Positions 60,851 to 64,000 of a DNA stretch of 64,000 nucleotides are shown in pieces. Source of the stretch: a virus; IMG/VR virus record IMGVR_UViG_3300045988_126262, one strand, 5' to 3'. Positions within the stretch are counted from its first letter, which is position 1. Each line of letters begins with the position of its first letter. Position numbers and translations under genes: made by a program. Under the pieces are notes generated by a model. The model made no database searches, was not told the origin of the DNA, and saw nothing but the letters and a program-made list of their open reading frames with translations.

Positions 60851-61165
60851 ATGGGAATGTGGTCAATATTAGAAGAAGGCCGTGGATATGAAGGATTCAA
60901 TGAACGCGGCGGTAGAGAGCTCGAAATGGCCTACAAGGAAGGTTGCGAGCACGGCTACAAGAAAGGCTATGAAGCTGCCATGCGGGAAATGCAGGGCGGC
61001 GATATGGGCTTCCGTGGCAATAATGGCGGCAGTTACGGCGGCGGGAATTATGGCGGAGGTTCTTCCAGTGGAATGAACAACCGTTATGCTCCCGGTTATC
61101 CTCCTTCGTACTATGACGAAATGGGGGAACGCAGACGCAGACGGGCCAACGGCGAGTTCTATTAA
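60851..61165 (+). CDS. Gly/Tyr-rich low-complexity protein (104 aa)
   Basis: The ATG lies directly after the previous stop codon. GGSYGGGNYGGGSSSG and a C-terminal RRRRR. Confidence 0.5.
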   Translation: MGMWSILEEGRGYEGFNERGGRELEMAYKEGCEHGYKKGYEAAMREMQGGDMGFRGNNGGSYGGGNYGGGSSSGMNNRYAPGYPPSYYDEMGERRRRRANGEFY

Positions 61166-61167
61166 TC

Positions 61168-61193
61168 GGGAGGGGAGAAATCCCCTCTCTTTT
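61168..61193 (+). terminator. intrinsic terminator
   Basis: GGGAGGGGA-GAAA-TCCCCTCTC stem-loop followed by TTTT. Confidence 0.65.
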
Positions 61194-61216
61194 CAAAAAC
61201 ATAAAAAAGCAGTGTT

Positions 61217-61636
61217 ATGAACCAACGATTAGACATTTATGATATTTTCCCCTCCGGCATGACGGAGTACCTTTCCCGATACGGCTGGCACTTCTCCAAG
61301 AACATGTGCGAGTGGGCGGTTTCCAGAATGAAGGCCGAAAACAAGGCCACCGGAAAGAAGGAGGAGATAAAAGCCCTTTCGAAAGAAGATGTGGAGGTCA
61401 TTTTGACACAGGCGGGCGTGAAGTTGGAAAAGTCCAAAGGGTACGACCATGTATTTGTCGCCAATATGGGTAAGGCCGACTATTTGAAATCATCGATTCC
61501 CGACGATACCCATTTGGCTCTGTTTGTAAAGGACTATATCGACGACCCTGACGGTTACGACGGGTTGCCCTTTACACGTTTTTATGCCGATTGTATAGGT
61601 TCGGGTACTCCGATCATGTGGGAAGATATGTTATAA
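61217..61636 (+). CDS. hypothetical protein (139 aa)
   Basis: Track ORF. Confidence 0.55.
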   Translation: MNQRLDIYDIFPSGMTEYLSRYGWHFSKNMCEWAVSRMKAENKATGKKEEIKALSKEDVEVILTQAGVKLEKSKGYDHVFVANMGKADYLKSSIPDDTHLALFVKDYIDDPDGYDGLPFTRFYADCIGSGTPIMWEDML

Positions 61637-61639
61637 AAC

Positions 61640-62077
61640 ATGATTGTTCAGGATTTCTACATAGCGAAATACGACTGGCACGTAAGGGTTTTTTACGCCG
61701 TTACCACCTACTGGACAAACACCATACTCCGGGAGCTGGAACGTATCGGTTGTACGGGGAATAATCTGGAAAATGCTTTCAGAAGTTTGTCGTTCGGTAA
61801 CTTGAATACAGGACTTACCTATTCCAATTTCGAGCATCGCCGGACGGTGATGGTAATTGCCATGACGACGAGTCCCGAACAGTTCCAAAACTCTTGGGAC
61901 CATGAAAAGGGGCATTTGTGCAGGCATATATCCCGGACGTTCGGCATTGACCCTTACGGGGAGGAAGAACAGTACCTTCGGGGATATATCGGGCAGAAGA
62001 TGTTCCCCGTGTCGAAGAAGTTCCTATGTGAGTGTTGCAGAAATAAATTAATTCGGGAAGTACATGGAGATAGCTAA
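61640..62077 (+). CDS. hypothetical protein with an HExxH motif (possible small metallopeptidase)
   Basis: 145 aa. WDHEKGHLCRH contains HEKGH. Confidence 0.5.
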   Translation: MIVQDFYIAKYDWHVRVFYAVTTYWTNTILRELERIGCTGNNLENAFRSLSFGNLNTGLTYSNFEHRRTVMVIAMTTSPEQFQNSWDHEKGHLCRHISRTFGIDPYGEEEQYLRGYIGQKMFPVSKKFLCECCRNKLIREVHGDS

Positions 62078-62234
62078 AATCATACAAGCCATCTGTTCCG
62101 GCAAGTCGAGGAAGGAGGTTTATAACCTGCTTTCGCCGGAAGAGAAGGATACCTTGAATCGGTTTGCCGATAACGGTCTCTTGAATAGGAGAATGAGGCG
62201 AAAATTTCAAAGGAATATTCGGAAATGCAAATGA
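62064..62234 (+). CDS. small basic protein (56 aa)
   Basis: Hand-translated MEIAKIIQAICSGKSRKEVYNLLSPEEKDTLNRFADNGLLNRRMRRKFQRNIRKCK. Overlaps the previous gene by 14 nt. Confidence 0.35.
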   Translation: MEIAKIIQAICSGKSRKEVYNLLSPEEKDTLNRFADNGLLNRRMRRKFQRNIRKCK

Positions 62235-62244
62235 TGAACAGGGA

Positions 62245-62278
62245 AATGCCGGGGTGAGAAGCTCCGGCATTCGTGTTT
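62245..62278 (+). terminator. intrinsic terminator at the end of the GC-rich block
   Basis: AATGCCGG...CCGGCATT stem followed by CGTGTTT. Confidence 0.5.
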
Positions 62279-62420
62279 AATTCTATGTCAATCATTTTTG
62301 CGGAAAATCTTCCACAACTATACGAAAATAGACTATATCGTATAAAATAATGAGGAAAATTTTCCACATCATTCGTTTTGTTAAATATTGATAAATCATA
62401 AAACATTTATACTACAATAT

Positions 62421-62493
62421 TTTGTATATACAATAAAATGGAGTATCTTTACCATGTAATCAAAAACAAACAGTAACCAATTAAAATAGAGTC
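62421..62493 (+). promoter_or_regulatory. family-A promoter plus leader, diverged copy 4
   Basis: TTTG at 62421-62424, a 19-nt spacer, TATCTTTA at 62444-62451. The leader AAAAACAAACAGTAACCAATTAAAATAGAG is similar to copies 1-3. Confidence 0.6.
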
Positions 62494-62811
62494 ATGTTAC
62501 AGAAAGGTACAGAACAATACAAAGAAGCTCAGGAATTATCCAACAGACTTCAACAGATTGCTAGCTATGAAAGATGGAATAATAACAATTCGTATGAGAT
62601 GCACTTCAATCCGTTCTATCGGTTCTTGTCCCGGATAATCAACCTGAATGTTTTTGCCTCCAATGTGGCAAAGACGATTGATGAAAAATGCACCTATCCG
62701 AGTTTCAAGATTGCCAACATGTCGAGTAAGCAAGCATGGATACTTGCCTGTGCGGCGATCGAGAATAACATAAATCTTGAAGATTGTTATACCCCTGTAT
62801 GGGCTAGATGA
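62494..62811 (+). CDS. hypothetical protein (105 aa)
   Basis: First gene after family-A copy 4. Confidence 0.55.
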   Translation: MLQKGTEQYKEAQELSNRLQQIASYERWNNNNSYEMHFNPFYRFLSRIINLNVFASNVAKTIDEKCTYPSFKIANMSSKQAWILACAAIENNINLEDCYTPVWAR

Positions 62812-63236
62812 TTATAAATAAAAATTACTTATATATGGAAACAAAAAGAACAATGGTATTATCATTTCATGTTTGCCGAGGAGGCAGATTCTTTAACCCC
62901 GGCCACTTTGAATTTATCGGAGAAAAAACATTCTCAGATGTGTGTAGCATGTTGTCAGATCGCTTGTTCACGAAAGACAGGGACGAGCATGGAAGGTTCT
63001 GCAAGCCCTATATTGCAGACGAAGTGGGCACTGTCGTTAGTGAGGACGACGAGAACGGAAGAACAGGAGAGATAGACTTCGATGGTGATTATGACAGATA
63101 TTATACTATCGAGATAGAGGATATAGACGACCTCAGCGACTCGGAATTGGAAGCCATAAGGGAGTATAAAGGGTATATAAGCGAAGATCTTGAACATATT
63201 GTTAAAGTCGATGACGACGAGGAGGACGAAGAATGA
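62808..63236 (+). CDS. strongly acidic protein (142 aa), DNA-mimic-like composition
   Basis: ATGA overlap with the preceding gene. About half of the C-terminal 66 aa are Asp or Glu, and the protein ends DDDEEDEE. Confidence 0.55.
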   Translation: MIINKNYLYMETKRTMVLSFHVCRGGRFFNPGHFEFIGEKTFSDVCSMLSDRLFTKDRDEHGRFCKPYIADEVGTVVSEDDENGRTGEIDFDGDYDRYYTIEIEDIDDLSDSELEAIREYKGYISEDLEHIVKVDDDEEDEE

Positions 63237-63700
63237 AAAGGGAATTTCCGCTATTCATTGTAGACCATAACCGGGCGCACAAGTTCGGAGAAGTCGACTT
63301 CATATACTGTTCCGACATAGACAATGGCTTTATAGCCAAAGTCGAGTATATAGACGGTATTGTCGAGGAAGTCGGAGAGGATTACCGCATAGAGCCCGGA
63401 TTGTCAGGATCTAATATTTCCGCAAAGATAAGCATTAAGCGTATTACAGGTAAAAATCCTGATAAGACTAAAATACGGGGCCTTTTAAAACAGGCTATGA
63501 AGTATTATACATCGCTATCGACATTCTCGGCAGACATCGGCAATATTACGGTTCGGCAAATGGTGTTGTTCATTGATACGCTGATTTTAGACGGTCGTAA
63601 GAATGCAATTGCAGCCGGTAGTGATTATAATTATAGGAATACGGTATTAACATCTATCGCATTTTTAGAGGCGATAAAGAAGGAATTAATAGGAGTATGA
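63233..63700 (+). CDS. hypothetical protein (155 aa)
   Basis: ATGA overlap with the preceding gene. Confidence 0.55.
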   Translation: MKREFPLFIVDHNRAHKFGEVDFIYCSDIDNGFIAKVEYIDGIVEEVGEDYRIEPGLSGSNISAKISIKRITGKNPDKTKIRGLLKQAMKYYTSLSTFSADIGNITVRQMVLFIDTLILDGRKNAIAAGSDYNYRNTVLTSIAFLEAIKKELIGV

Positions 63701-63894
63701 CAATAGAAGAATTATCGAAACAAGTGCGTAAGATTCGCGAAGAAAAGGGATTGACCCAATATAATATCTGGAAACAGGGTATGAACTTTGGAACAGTCAT
63801 TGCCATTGAAAGTGGGAAGAATGTCAACTTGAAAAACTTCCTTAAATACTGTGAGATTGTAGGAATTGATGTAACTTTGGAAGAGAAAGAGTAA
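63697..63894 (+). CDS. small XRE-family HTH protein (65 aa)
   Basis: EEKGLTQYNIWKQGMNFGTVIAIESGK. ATGA overlap with the preceding gene. Last gene of the operon. Confidence 0.65.
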   Translation: MTIEELSKQVRKIREEKGLTQYNIWKQGMNFGTVIAIESGKNVNLKNFLKYCEIVGIDVTLEEKE

Positions 63895-63941
63895 ATAGGA
63901 TTATAATATCTTGTGCAAATATTGTGCATATTTAAAATGTT

Positions 63942-63980
63942 AAAAGCGTAACACTGTATTATACAAAATGTTACGCTTTT
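63942..63980 (+). terminator. intrinsic terminator
   Basis: AAAAGCGTAACA...TGTTACGCTTTT stem, whose 3' arm ends in TTTT. Confidence 0.7.
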
Positions 63981-64000
63981 CATTTGCGGAAAGAGAGGGA

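Noticed and set aside
1-64000. I searched by eye for a reverse transcriptase (DGR or retron), an integrase or recombinase, a transposase, a CRISPR array and rRNA.
   Set aside because: I recognised no YxDD-type RT motif, no tyrosine or serine recombinase signature, no DDE transposase, no short regularly spaced repeats and no rRNA-like sequence. The absence of an integrase may only mean that it lies outside the window.

Overview
The whole 64-kb window reads as a single tailed-phage or prophage genome. It looks like a temperate siphovirus: it has a 1427-aa tape measure and Dit/Tal-like tail genes, and I recognised no sheath gene. About 100 genes are packed on the + strand, and only two short cassettes sit on the - strand.

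Modules from left to right:
- 0.05-14.8 kb: recombination, replication and DNA modification. This includes RecT plus a YqaJ exonuclease, a RuvC-like resolvase, two DNA methyltransferases, an HNH/AP2 protein, a Lar-like protein and a ParB-like protein.
- 15-21 kb: Bro/KilAC antirepressor, portal, and a MuF-type minor head protein. The MuF protein is interrupted by a 339-aa LAGLIDADG intein and ends in a RelA/SpoT-like domain. An HD-type alarmone hydrolase follows.
- 21-25.2 kb: lysogeny and accessory genes. These are a second Bro/KilAC protein, a Gp49/HigB-like toxin with an XRE antitoxin, an XRE repressor plus Fic operon on the - strand, and three evenly spaced operators.
- 25.2-29.3 kb: a train of small early ORFs.
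- 29.4-34.3 kb: a DUF488-like protein, two tRNAs, a Dam-like protein, a ParB-like protein, TerS and TerL.
- 34.5-35.5 kb: an early-type insert including RadC.
- 35.9-55.4 kb: head, connector and tail genes. A - strand moron (lipoprotein plus PD-(D/E)xK protein) sits before the tape measure.
- 55.4-58.3 kb: lysis cassette (holin-like protein, M15 endolysin, unimolecular spanin), split by a Panacea-domain/membrane-protein pair.
- 58.5-62.2 kb: an orphan GC-rich cassette.
- 62.4-64 kb: an early operon ending in a small HTH protein.

Two repeated promoter families organise the genome. One is a ~130-bp promoter-plus-leader cassette present in four copies. The other is a 27-bp palindrome abutting a TAnnTTTG box, present in five to six copies in front of the dispersed late operons. 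The TAnnTTTG / TTTG-N19-20 promoter architecture suggests a Bacteroidota host; this is inference only. I found no integrase, reverse transcriptase, CRISPR array or rRNA.

All product calls come from motifs I recognise by eye. No database search was run.
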